The notes below the pieces were generated by a model. It was not told where the DNA came from. It did not search any database and saw only the letters and a program-made list of their open reading frames with translations. A DNA stretch of 64,000 nucleotides from a virus (Duplodnaviria; Caudoviricetes). The position numbers and the translations under genes were made by a program. Below are positions 1 through 8,762 of this stretch, one piece after another. The first letter of the stretch is position 1, and every line of letters begins with the position of its first letter. The stretch is taken from IMG/VR virus record IMGVR_UViG_3300005739_000025; one strand, written 5' to 3'.

Positions 1-2401
1 TACTTCCAAACTCATCTAGTGATTCTATTTCATATCTTACCGTAGTTATGTTTTGCCCCGCATTATATGTTCTGGATAAGGGGTTAAATGTTCCTATAGC
101 CAAACTGGTCTTATTACCGAGACCGCTTATATCAAATACAGTGATTGGATTCGGTGTTGAATAATCGCCAGAAATTTTAAATTCTACATTTTTTGTGCCC
201 GGTATGCCTCTTACTGAGGAAGCTATTGTTGGAAGAATGTTATTTAAAGATTCTATATTATTTTTTATTTTGCCTCTTTTACTGCGACTAGTGATTTCAA
301 AACGTCCGGGTACATTTCCCGTACGCATGTAAGCTTTGCTATTTACATTATTATTATAAATCTCATGAAAATATATTATTTTGCCCTTATTAGATCTTAT
401 GCCATATCTTATTTTACCAGCACCATACCAAGAATAATCTATGAATATCATCTGCATTCTATTAAGATCAACAACATACCCTGAAGGTCCGGTTCCGTCG
501 AGTTTATCTAAATTAAAATCTTTTTGACGGGTTCTAAGTTCTTCTGTTTTATTTACAACAACGCTATTTATAGTTGGTCCTCTATAATAAGGGGCAATGT
601 TTAAATTATTATCGTCTATAATTTTATTAACAAGATATGACTGACCCATTATAACTATAAAATCCCCCTCCGTTAATTGGGATTTAAACCTGCAATTACC
701 ATCAAAAGAAGACAGTAAAGGATTACCTAGAGTAGCAGTGACAGTACCTGCTAATGGAGTGGTACTCTGTCTTTTTACAACATAAAGATCTTTTCCATCG
801 TATTCAAAAAATATACCGTTTTGTTCATCAAATAAACCTGATCTTACAGTGGCATCATTAAAACTTTTAACTCTAACTAATCCAATACCTCCGGGGTTTA
901 AGATACTTGTGGGGAAGGGATTGTTATCACTTGCCAAAAGTCTTACTTTAAATTGCTTTGCATTTACAACTTCAGAAACTGGGAAAAACCCATTATATGG
1001 ATTTCTAGGAGCCGGGGCACTTAGTTCAAAACCAACTGTCTCTATGTAAGCTGATTCTCTGTATTCATCAGGCTTAGAAAACCCATGAAATTGTACAGTA
1101 TCAATAATAAAATCGTAGAAATTATAGCCTCTTGAAACAGTATTAACGGCTGTTAAATCTACTGCCAGTGTACCTTCCAATTGAACCCAGTTCCCCACAG
1201 ATATAGAAGAAATTGGAGTAGATGTATTTTGATAAGTGTTTGCACTTAATGATGAATCCCATAAGGTCCAAAATTGTGTATCACTTCCATTTCCAGAAAG
1301 ATAAATTTGATTACTACTAGGACCATAAAATACGGTAGATTGATTGGTTTGATAAGAAGAATCTATATCATAATCTCTTTCATAAGTACCATTTGAAGAA
1401 TCTTCCACCCCAGAAATTATAATTTTAGATACAAATTGGCTATTATTATATTGAACAGTATCTACCTCTGTCTTGTTAATTTCATATACTGGTAAAAAGA
1501 GAATACCAGTACTAAATTGTACAGATTTTCCGGATTGATATTTAAAATATTTTCTTGTTTGTCTTAAAATTTGTGCATTGGGAGCGGAAGTACCGGGATT
1601 AATCTGTACCCCACCATCAAAATAACGATGCACTGCAATACCCTCAGTTCTTGCATATACTAAACCAGAAGCTGGTACAATCTGAGTTGTAGTAGGAAAC
1701 GGCGATGTGACATTTGTTATATAAGTGGCACTAGTTTCAGATAAAATAGTATTAATATTAAATGTACCACAATAACGAGCCGTAGGTTGGTTAGGATCTG
1801 CAATAATGATTGGTGAATTTTTAAATAAACCGTGAGGGTATTTAAAATCTATGATTGCCGCACTTGTACCCGCAATACTTGTTATTTTATTAATAGGAAT
1901 ATTGACATTTGAAAATAACCCACCCGTAAACAAAGCTGTATAGGGTGTTTTTTGATCCCCCACTAAAGCGACAGGCGACTTGGTTGTAATTATAAACTTA
2001 AATTGGGATGGTACTTCTGTAATAACATATGCACCATCTACAAACGTAGTGTTTAAAGAATCTTTAATTACAATAGAATCTCCGGTTCTAAAAGGTATAC
2101 GAGGAACAATATTAACAGTTACTTCCACATCTTTATTATCGGGACCTGTGGGTAAAATAGAAGTAATTTGTGATGAAGAAAAAGCTGGCTCATTGGCACG
2201 GGCATATACTCCGGGATAGTTATTGCTTGTAGTTAAAAATTCCCATTTAGAAGACTGTAAAGAATACTCAAAGTCTGTATCTATTAAACTTTGAGGGTTT
2301 GAGACTCTAAACTTTTCAACCGCATCTTTGGATGAGTCAACAGGCTCTACGCCATGATTGGCGAGAGTTCTCAAGTAATCTAAATTTGTTTCAAAAGCCA
2401 T
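1..2401 (-). CDS. Large virion structural protein, 3'-truncated by the window edge (>=800 aa); missing from the ORF track
   Basis: Manual translation from ATG at 2401 (MAFETNLDYLRTLANHG...KFRVSNPQSLIDTDFEYSLQSSKWE...RQTRKYFKYQSGK...IDYSWYGAGKIRYG) is open to position 1. These motifs are typical of large structural proteins of aquatic T4-like phages. The frame stays open for 25 more codons upstream, to 2476. Confidence 0.85.
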   Translation of the reverse strand, partial: MAFETNLDYLRTLANHGVEPVDSSKDAVEKFRVSNPQSLIDTDFEYSLQSSKWEFLTTSNNYPGVYARANEPAFSSSQITSILPTGPDNKDVEVTVNIVPRIPFRTGDSIVIKDSLNTTFVDGAYVITEVPSQFKFIITTKSPVALVGDQKTPYTALFTGGLFSNVNIPINKITSIAGTSAAIIDFKYPHGLFKNSPIIIADPNQPTARYCGTFNINTILSETSATYITNVTSPFPTTTQIVPASGLVYARTEGIAVHRYFDGGVQINPGTSAPNAQILRQTRKYFKYQSGKSVQFSTGILFLPVYEINKTEVDTVQYNNSQFVSKIIISGVEDSSNGTYERDYDIDSSYQTNQSTVFYGPSSNQIYLSGNGSDTQFWTLWDSSLSANTYQNTSTPISSISVGNWVQLEGTLAVDLTAVNTVSRGYNFYDFIIDTVQFHGFSKPDEYRESAYIETVGFELSAPAPRNPYNGFFPVSEVVNAKQFKVRLLASDNNPFPTSILNPGGIGLVRVKSFNDATVRSGLFDEQNGIFFEYDGKDLYVVKRQSTTPLAGTVTATLGNPLLSSFDGNCRFKSQLTEGDFIVIMGQSYLVNKIIDDNNLNIAPYYRGPTINSVVVNKTEELRTRQKDFNLDKLDGTGPSGYVVDLNRMQMIFIDYSWYGAGKIRYGIRSNKGKIIYFHEIYNNNVNSKAYMRTGNVPGRFEITSRSKRGKIKNNIESLNNILPTIASSVRGIPGTKNVEFKISGDYSTPNPITVFDISGLGNKTSLAIGTFNPLSRTYNAGQNITTVRYEIESLDEFGS

Positions 2402-2476
2402 TGACCCTTTCCCGTTGACACTTCCGCCAACTAGACTAACTAATACATTGCTGTATCTTTCAATAAATGATGTTAG

Positions 2477-2680
2477 CGACTTTTCTTATAAATTTCTTTA
2501 TAAATCGGACTATATCTTCAGATTTTATTCTGTCGGACGCTCTTGCTGGTTATTAAGACAAACCTTTTTGTCTCCAGTAGTCTCTACACCTTCCATAAAA
2601 TGGTTTATGGCTTGGCTCGGTATTGCCATCTCTACTACGCAGAGGAAGGTTTCACCGAATTCATCCGATTAGGGCCTGTA
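2477..2680 (-). ncRNA. Group I self-splicing intron/ribozyme core, ORF-less, with P7.1 extension and no P2
   Basis: Minus strand shows P3 UCGGAUG(2668-2662)/CGUCCGA(2539-2533); P element AAUUCGGUGAAAC; Q element GGCAAUACCGAGCCAAG; P6a CCAUAAA/UUUAUGG; R element GAAGGUGUAGAGACUA; P7.1 CUGG..AGACAAA/UUUGUCU..CCAG; P8 CAGA/UCUG; S element AAGAUAUAGUCC; P9 UUAUAAA-GAAA-UUUAUAA; P9.0 GAU/GUC followed by omega-G at 2477. Confidence 0.9.
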
Positions 2681-2687
2681 TGTTTAT

Positions 2688-2695
2688 TATTTATT
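2688..2695 (-). promoter_or_regulatory. Late-promoter-like AATAAATA overlapping the upstream stop codon, just 5' of the ribozyme guide sequence
   Basis: The same GAATAAATA stop/promoter overlap precedes the genes starting at 4405 and 6097 on this strand. Confidence 0.5.
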
Positions 2696-3869
2696 CTAGT
2701 GCAGTATTACCTCCTTTGTACCATCGTGTAGTCACGATTCTAGTACGTTGTGCAAAAGTAACTGTATCAAAATCTCCTACAGGGTTACTTTTAGCAAGTT
2801 TACCAATTCTATATACTCTTCCTTTTTGTCTACGAGTATAAAAAGGTTTTGGTGAGAACCATTCCACATTATGCAAATTATAGCCTCTATAGTTTGGAAC
2901 ATTATTACCGTAAAAAACTATACCATTAACTCCATCATCATGACACATATTTTGCATATATCTCCAAACAACCTCTACAAAAACTATTTCATATTCTTGT
3001 AGTTCTACACCCTTAAAACATTTAAATAAAAATTCATCAGATAAACAATCCGGTCTGCCATCTAAAGTTGTGTATGCATAAGTACCATTTCCATCATGTC
3101 TTTGTAGCCATTGATGTGTCATCCATTTATATGGATAAAGAGGCATAAGCCCGCCCTGAGCATCTTTATTTTTTATAGGCCATTGATTTAAATTAGATAT
3201 TGTATTGTTATTAAACCATTGTTTATTTTCAATTTCAACTCTACCGACTAATTCGGGATCAGAACCACCAATAGGTTCATTAGGATTACCGCGAAATGTC
3301 CATACAATACCGTTAAGAGTGCTTGCTTCTCTTAATGGAACGGTTGTTGAACTTGAATAGGCGGTAATATTAAAAGCTCCTCCAGGCGGGGTAGGTGGGA
3401 TTGTTGCTGGTCTTGTCTTCCATTCCCATCTTGTTAATGCTGTATTATAATTAATAATAGAGTTAGCATTATATACAAATGTTTCTTTACTAACTGTAGA
3501 ATCTAAATTAACTTTTCCTTTAGATTTAAAATCTAACTGCACAGGATATGCGGAAAGTGTTGGTACGTTAAAGGAATTGGGTACAATAATTTTTAAAAAC
3601 GTTTGGTTGGGGGTGCTATTGTTTCCACCATTTCTCTGACCCATTCTAGTCGCTAAGTATTCAAAAGTACCCTTGTTATATCTAAAAATATATCTTCTTA
3701 ATCCAGATTTAGTTGACTTACCAGCTTTTCTCCTACTACTCAATTTTCCATGTATTTGATCGTTTAAATCTCCGGGATAAATTAATACTTGTTTTTTACC
3801 TTTAAAAATAGGAGGCAAGGGTTCTTTATTTTCACTACCCACAAATAATCTGTAATCTATATTGTTCAT
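2691..3869 (-). CDS. Hypothetical protein, probably virion-associated (392 aa)
   Basis: ORF track; lies in a co-oriented structural cluster; no GIY-YIG, HNH or LAGLIDADG motif seen. Confidence 0.75.
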   Translation of the reverse strand: MNNIDYRLFVGSENKEPLPPIFKGKKQVLIYPGDLNDQIHGKLSSRRKAGKSTKSGLRRYIFRYNKGTFEYLATRMGQRNGGNNSTPNQTFLKIIVPNSFNVPTLSAYPVQLDFKSKGKVNLDSTVSKETFVYNANSIINYNTALTRWEWKTRPATIPPTPPGGAFNITAYSSSTTVPLREASTLNGIVWTFRGNPNEPIGGSDPELVGRVEIENKQWFNNNTISNLNQWPIKNKDAQGGLMPLYPYKWMTHQWLQRHDGNGTYAYTTLDGRPDCLSDEFLFKCFKGVELQEYEIVFVEVVWRYMQNMCHDDGVNGIVFYGNNVPNYRGYNLHNVEWFSPKPFYTRRQKGRVYRIGKLAKSNPVGDFDTVTFAQRTRIVTTRWYKGGNTALE

Positions 3870-4405
3870 GAGATTGTTAAAGTTCTAGAAAATAGGGTTC
3901 CGGTCTCTGTTACTGCAAATGCTTTATAAAATCCTGGATCCCCTGTTACTGGTGAGGTCATGGTTACGGCAGAGAGTAAAGGTATATCAGTTGTATGATA
4001 CCAATAACTTCCAAGTTGGGTGAGAAGATATGGTTGTATAACTCTAAAACAAAAATCTGTTTCATTATCATCATAATGAAAACCTGCTGCAATAATATGA
4101 GATTGACTAGAGACAGTAGCTGTAATTGTACCATTATCACTTATCGGGGTCGAAATATATGGTTTATAAATTCGTTTTACCTGAGAAACACCTCCAATAT
4201 TTGTATTATAATAATGTACATCTTGATAAATTAATTCCTTAGGCTTCTGTGGTGCTAAAGATGTTCCTTGTCTAGTACTATTATCCTTTCTTCTTACTCT
4301 TTGTACTGTATCATCTTTATAAACATTACGGAGATACACTCTATCTAGTTCATCATAGGTATATGTAACAGTTCCTTCAATAGGTGTAATGTTCAATGTA
4401 CTCAT
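3866..4405 (-). CDS. Hypothetical protein (179 aa)
   Basis: ORF track; ATGA overlap with the next gene; AATAAATA upstream. Confidence 0.75.
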   Translation of the reverse strand: MSTLNITPIEGTVTYTYDELDRVYLRNVYKDDTVQRVRRKDNSTRQGTSLAPQKPKELIYQDVHYYNTNIGGVSQVKRIYKPYISTPISDNGTITATVSSQSHIIAAGFHYDDNETDFCFRVIQPYLLTQLGSYWYHTTDIPLLSAVTMTSPVTGDPGFYKAFAVTETGTLFSRTLTIS

Positions 4406-4416
4406 ATTTTATATAT

Positions 4417-5385
4417 TTATTCTGTTGTATAGGTGATTGTTAAAAACAATGTGTCAGGGGCAGGGGTGTATGTTATAGAAGTTGAACTACCAACCACCCA
4501 CAAAGGACTGACAGGTATACCATCAGGAAATGTTATATCAAAATTACTTTCCGATTCAACGGAATACGTAAATAGTAATTTCGAATTTGCTCCTGTTAAA
4601 TTATTACTGCCTGTCCATATTTGCAAGTATACTCCTGTACCCGGCAACGAAGGATCTTCGGTTGTATTAATACCCTTTATATTTTTTAAGAACCCAGTTA
4701 AACCATTAAAATCGGTAAAATATTTGCTTGTTAACTCCGTAGTTGCAACCGTTGTATATGCTTTAGGAATTAGATAAGAGGTATTTGAATCGCTGGAAGA
4801 GAGAAGAAAATTAGTAGTTTTTATTAAACTTTCAATTTCATTAGTGTTAAGATTGACTGAAGATATATCAATGTTAAATGTATCTTGTTTCGCTGTTAAA
4901 CTATTAAGAAGACTTATTAAAGTATCTTGCTTAGCACTTGTTGCGAAGTTTTTAGCAGTTAAATTATCTAGTCTAGTATTAGAACTATTAATTAATGACT
5001 CTATATTATCGGTGTTTAAATTTATAGCGGATACGTCTAAGCTTATTGTAGTGTCTTTAGATGTTAAAACGTTTAATAAAGTATTTGTATTATCTAAATT
5101 TAATTTAACAGATAATAAAGTGTCCTCTTTTGTGGGCACTACATAGTCTTCTATAAAAATTTGTAATCTATCCGTATTAGACATTGATGTAGTGTCATAT
5201 TCTAAAGTAAGTACATTACCTGCTAATGTACCACCTAAATTATTACACGCAAAATTATAAATTATTTCATTATCAGTTACATTTGTTATTAAAAGAATTT
5301 GATCTAACTTTATTGATGGGTAATCTGTTAGAGTTACCTGTTTGCTTGATGCTGAAAAAATATAATTTGTTACAAGTGTTTTCAT
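4417..5385 (-). CDS. Virion structural protein with LLITNVTDNEIIYNF N-terminal module
   Basis: N-terminal module recognised from aquatic T4-like phage structural proteins; TATAAATA at 5392-5399. Confidence 0.7.
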   Translation of the reverse strand: MKTLVTNYIFSASSKQVTLTDYPSIKLDQILLITNVTDNEIIYNFACNNLGGTLAGNVLTLEYDTTSMSNTDRLQIFIEDYVVPTKEDTLLSVKLNLDNTNTLLNVLTSKDTTISLDVSAINLNTDNIESLINSSNTRLDNLTAKNFATSAKQDTLISLLNSLTAKQDTFNIDISSVNLNTNEIESLIKTTNFLLSSSDSNTSYLIPKAYTTVATTELTSKYFTDFNGLTGFLKNIKGINTTEDPSLPGTGVYLQIWTGSNNLTGANSKLLFTYSVESESNFDITFPDGIPVSPLWVVGSSTSITYTPAPDTLFLTITYTTE

Positions 5386-5394
5386 TAATATTAT

Positions 5395-5658
5395 TTATAG
5401 CGCTACAGAAAAAGCTATTGCTTTACATTTAGAAACTAAATTATCTAATTGAACTGCATTTCCATTAGAAATAGATAGTTCCTGGGTTGTCGGTGTATAT
5501 GTTAAAGTTTGTGAATCAGTCTCACCAACTAAAGTAATAATGTCTTGAACTGTTGTTTTTATCTCTTTTGAACCATCAGCTTTATAACCTACAATGTAAT
5601 CAGATGATGTAAGAGGTGTAGCCGTATCAAATTGGGTAAAATTTGTGGTATTATTCAT
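5395..5658 (-). CDS. Small structural protein (87 aa)
   Basis: N-terminus NFTQFD..DYIVGY..KEIKT resembles that of the 35052-36911 protein. Confidence 0.7.
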   Translation of the reverse strand: MNNTTNFTQFDTATPLTSSDYIVGYKADGSKEIKTTVQDIITLVGETDSQTLTYTPTTQELSISNGNAVQLDNLVSKCKAIAFSVAL

Positions 5659-6097
5659 CCTCTATTATATATTTAGATATAGTCGTTAACTGAACACCAG
5701 ATAAAGTCGTTAAATTTGTTCCGTTAATAAAAGTAAGAATTTTATTGTCATAGTAAAATACTGAAATAAGCTTAAATTTTCTATTGCTAGAAGCTTTATA
5801 ATAACCGGCCGGGTTACAAAATATTACGTCATATTTGCCGATGGGTAAATTTTTAGGTAAATTAAAATTTAACTCATTGTTATTTATTATTTCGAAATCT
5901 GTTATAGGTATACCCGAAAAAGGTGGGTTAAATGCGGATAGATTATCGAATTCGCTGTATAGATCTACATAATTAGTATTGTAATTTGAGCCCGAAAGAT
6001 ACAGTCCGTTACCTATAATATATTTAAAATTATCACCTAAAATTTTTATAGTATAGTCTTCGAGGAATATTTGATTTACTCTAGTAAAATTTAACAC
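5651..6097 (-). CDS. Hypothetical protein, possible IPT/TIG-like Ig fold
   Basis: GTG start; LNFNLP..GKYDVIFCNPAG pattern. Confidence 0.6.
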   Translation of the reverse strand: MLNFTRVNQIFLEDYTIKILGDNFKYIIGNGLYLSGSNYNTNYVDLYSEFDNLSAFNPPFSGIPITDFEIINNNELNFNLPKNLPIGKYDVIFCNPAGYYKASSNRKFKLISVFYYDNKILTFINGTNLTTLSGVQLTTISKYIIEDE

Positions 6098-6105
6098 AAA
6101 TATAT

Positions 6106-6327
6106 TTATTCGATACTACCGAACACTCTGACTTGACCGTTGGGGTATCTTTTAATAAATGGCTGTTTATAAAAACGTGGTGGTAGTTCATCTACTGCAC
6201 CTTCTGCATGTTTTGGATGTATTAACGATTTTTTGTCCCCTTCTAAATATACAAATTTTTCATCTGTAAATAAACAAACGATTTCTTGTTCTGGTTCTTC
6301 AGTAAAATGATGAGAAGGTACGTACAT
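6106..6327 (-). CDS. Hypothetical protein (73 aa; probable start MYVPSHH)
   Basis: ORF track, start trimmed to avoid overlap with the divergent gene. Confidence 0.6.
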   Translation of the reverse strand: MYVPSHHFTEEPEQEIVCLFTDEKFVYLEGDKKSLIHPKHAEGAVDELPPRFYKQPFIKRYPNGQVRVFGSIE

Positions 6328-6329
6328 TA

Positions 6330-6337
6330 TATAAATA
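6330..6337 (+). promoter_or_regulatory. T4-type late promoter TATAAATA
   Basis: Exact motif just before the ATG at 6347. Also at 17078-17085, 45224-45231, 46903-46910, 50034-50041 (+) and 5392-5399, 35038-35045 (-), each close to a gene or RNA start. Confidence 0.75.
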
Positions 6338-6346
6338 TATAATACC

Positions 6347-6493
6347 ATGAATCTAAATTTCGATAATATAATTAAAGTTTTATTGGAAAAAAATAAAAGA
6401 GCTCCTAGAGGTGTTTGTTGGAAGGGTTATAAAATGGTTGGGATGAAAAAAAAAGGCGGCAAAAAAGTGCCAAATTGTGTCCCTAGCAAATAA
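6347..6493 (+). CDS. 48-aa basic protein with CWKGYKMVGMKKKGGKKVPNCVP motif; missing from the ORF track
   Basis: Manual translation; the motif is recurrent in aquatic T4-like phages; late promoter upstream. Confidence 0.8.
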   Translation: MNLNFDNIIKVLLEKNKRAPRGVCWKGYKMVGMKKKGGKKVPNCVPSK

Positions 6494-6503
6494 ATACTAA
6501 TAT

Positions 6504-6902
6504 ATGGCAAACGTAAGCGTAGTAATTCAACCAGTTTCACAGTTAGTAAATGAAAATACTTCTGTAACTTTTAATGTATCAGGTTCTCTTCTAGGAACAC
6601 CTTTAAGTGGTAATGCGATTGTTTATCAATGGCAAAGAGCGGCTGCAGGTTCAAGTTCATATACAAACGCTCCTGGTAGCAGCACAGGTACAAGTTACAC
6701 AGTTGTTGCTGAATCTGCTTTAGATGATTACACATTTAGAGCTCGTTTATCAGCTTCTGGTGTAGATAGCGCGGTCTTCTCAAACGTTGCAACATTAGCC
6801 ATCAGAACTAGTGCAGAAAGTCCTTACGACCAATGGGAAGTTAATACTTTTGAGTCAGGACAAAATAGAGTTCGTAGATTAAGACTTCTCGGTTATCTAT
6901 AA
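6504..6902 (+). CDS. Immunoglobulin-like domain protein
   Basis: QP.SQ.VNENTSVTF..YQWQR...YTFRARLS pattern of Ig I-set-like phage domains. Confidence 0.75.
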   Translation: MANVSVVIQPVSQLVNENTSVTFNVSGSLLGTPLSGNAIVYQWQRAAAGSSSYTNAPGSSTGTSYTVVAESALDDYTFRARLSASGVDSAVFSNVATLAIRTSAESPYDQWEVNTFESGQNRVRRLRLLGYL

Positions 6903-7847
6903 TTACTGACCCATTGCTTTTTGGGTGTAATATTTCGGATTAATTAATACCGGTGGTAACATTTCATAGTGTGTAGCTCTTGTTGGATTAATATCTAACG
7001 AACCTCTACGTGAATAAAGCAAAGTTACACAACAAGAATCTACCTCTGGACACTTCATTATTTCAGTATAGAGTTTTTCTGCACAAAACTCATGAAATTC
7101 GTTTACCTCTCTTAAGGACACTATTTGTTTAAATAGAGATGCAGGTTTAATCACACTGTCAATTGTGTTTATTGAGATATAGGCAGCCCCTGTATCTTTC
7201 TGTTTGGTATGACGACAACGTGATCTCAAAGCGTTTGTGAAGAATTTATTAGCATATAAAGCTTTATCATCTTTAATTGAGTAACCGTAGCCAGAATAAT
7301 TAGCTTTTTCAAACTCTAAGTGGTTTTGCACTGCGTTGTAATCTGTAATTTCTAATGCTTCTATATCTCTGCCAAGAAAGCTTTGCAAGTCAAGATAGCC
7401 TGCCATAGGAAAAATAGCATTAATATCATCCCCTGATTTAAAGAACTTAACATCCACTTCTGTCTCTAAAGCTTTCTCTAAATCTGTTTTTACTTGTAGC
7501 TCGTAATTATGAATGGCTGTCTCAACTGACTGACCCATCTTACACATATCAAATGTATTAAGATAGAGCTTAGCAGACTTAGACTCAACCATATATTTTG
7601 AGTCTGAGGAATAGGTATATTTTAAAGTCCCGGCAATAGGTGCACCGTTGTTAAGTAAAAAAGTAGCCTCATGACAGTGCCATGTATCATATCCAACAAA
7701 TTCATCGCCTTTAATATTCCAACCATCACGGGCTAGTTTACGAGGCATGGGATTAAGAAGTGAAGCATCGTGCCGGTCAGTATAAACTGCATACGACGCT
7801 GAAGAACCTAACGATTTAGAAGCTATATCTGTTAAATTTTCACTCAT
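6903..7847 (-). CDS. queF: NADPH-dependent preQ0 reductase (long-form QueF)
   Basis: VESKSAKLYLNTF, LRSRC (catalytic Cys), HEFCAE, YSRRGSLDINPTR motifs. Confidence 0.9.
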   Translation of the reverse strand: MSENLTDIASKSLGSSASYAVYTDRHDASLLNPMPRKLARDGWNIKGDEFVGYDTWHCHEATFLLNNGAPIAGTLKYTYSSDSKYMVESKSAKLYLNTFDMCKMGQSVETAIHNYELQVKTDLEKALETEVDVKFFKSGDDINAIFPMAGYLDLQSFLGRDIEALEITDYNAVQNHLEFEKANYSGYGYSIKDDKALYANKFFTNALRSRCRHTKQKDTGAAYISINTIDSVIKPASLFKQIVSLREVNEFHEFCAEKLYTEIMKCPEVDSCCVTLLYSRRGSLDINPTRATHYEMLPPVLINPKYYTQKAMGQ

Positions 7848-8389
7848 TTTAAATATTTTTCTATTATTTCCATTCTTTGTTCAACTGTGCCACTGAGACG
7901 AATTACTTTTTCTCTGTTAGAAGGCGACATCTTATATTTTATAAGATCTTCAAACATTGCAATTATATCTTCTCTAAATCTAAAATCAACGCTACGCTCT
8001 CCGTCATTAACTAGTTTAACATCTGTAGGATCGGTATAGAAAATATAATCTAATTTATCCATCAAAACACCGTAAACCCCATTAAATGCATGTAAAACCT
8101 GCTCAGAAACCTTACCGTTCACAACCTGATACTTTGTATAAACATAACCATCTAAAATACATCTATCCAATATTAAATTTTCATCACTCCTCAAATGGTT
8201 CTTAATATGTTCTGCTAAAATGTATAGCTGAGTTTCAGTGCCACCAATTTCATTTATTTTAACGTCATATGTTCTACGTACATATCTTGTAACTTCGTCT
8301 ACAAATTTATAATCCTTATAAACCTCTTTACACTTGTTAAGTAACGTAGTCTTACCCGTACTCTGAGCACCTGTAAATGAAACTCTCAT
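7844..8389 (-). CDS. P-loop (d)NMP kinase-like protein (AAA_28/NadR-like)
   Basis: GAQSTGKTT Walker A, LILDRCILD motif, DGER lid. Confidence 0.8.
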   Translation of the reverse strand: MRVSFTGAQSTGKTTLLNKCKEVYKDYKFVDEVTRYVRRTYDVKINEIGGTETQLYILAEHIKNHLRSDENLILDRCILDGYVYTKYQVVNGKVSEQVLHAFNGVYGVLMDKLDYIFYTDPTDVKLVNDGERSVDFRFREDIIAMFEDLIKYKMSPSNREKVIRLSGTVEQRMEIIEKYLK

Positions 8390-8404
8390 GCAATTATTAT
8401 ATCA

Positions 8405-8761
8405 TCACTTATTCCACTTGCCACTATGAATTATTTGTGCAATAATTCCATAGACAGAAATATCTTTAAAAGAATCAATCATAGGCTCGTTATGAGCATC
8501 GTGGTCCTTAGTATAGAAAAGTATATTAATTAATCTCTGAACCTTCTCAGTACATCTAATACATATAACGGTAAGTGCAGTAGATATGTCTTGTTTGTTT
8601 CTTACTTCTCGTCCTAATGAAATGTTGTAAGGACCGTAGTCGTGGAGTTTACTACAAAAAGTTTCGTATTGTTCTTTTTGTATTTTTTTAAACTCCTCAA
8701 CTGTTTTAGGGTATTTTTGTTCTATTTCTAGAATTGTTTGTTGTAAGTCTTCAGGTGGCAT
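8405..8761 (-). CDS. Nucleotide-modification-associated domain 1 (DUF1599-like) protein
   Basis: K.HDYG..NI...EKVQRL...E...DSFKDISVYGII pattern. Confidence 0.75.
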   Translation of the reverse strand: MPPEDLQQTILEIEQKYPKTVEEFKKIQKEQYETFCSKLHDYGPYNISLGREVRNKQDISTALTVICIRCTEKVQRLINILFYTKDHDAHNEPMIDSFKDISVYGIIAQIIHSGKWNK

Positions 8762-8762
8762 A

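Noticed and set aside
2399-2413. Alternative omega-G at GUCAACG (2413) or GUCAAUG (2399)
   Set aside because: Not excluded but ranked lower: neither gives the CU/AG P10, and 2413 would leave only a 9-nt exon before the target site.
2404-2476. 73-nt predicted circle as a permuted tRNA or rolling-circle ORF
   Set aside because: No cloverleaf or T-loop; its only AUG is followed by UAU-UAG.
2415-2841. Plus-strand ORFs of 85, 62 and 72 aa over the ribozyme
   Set aside because: They are antisense to the group I core and the 392-aa gene, with no protein motifs.
2691-3869. 392-aa ORF as an intron-encoded homing endonuclease in the P1 loop
   Set aside because: No HNH, GIY-YIG or LAGLIDADG motif; it is coupled to the upstream structural gene, and no convincing exon was found further upstream.
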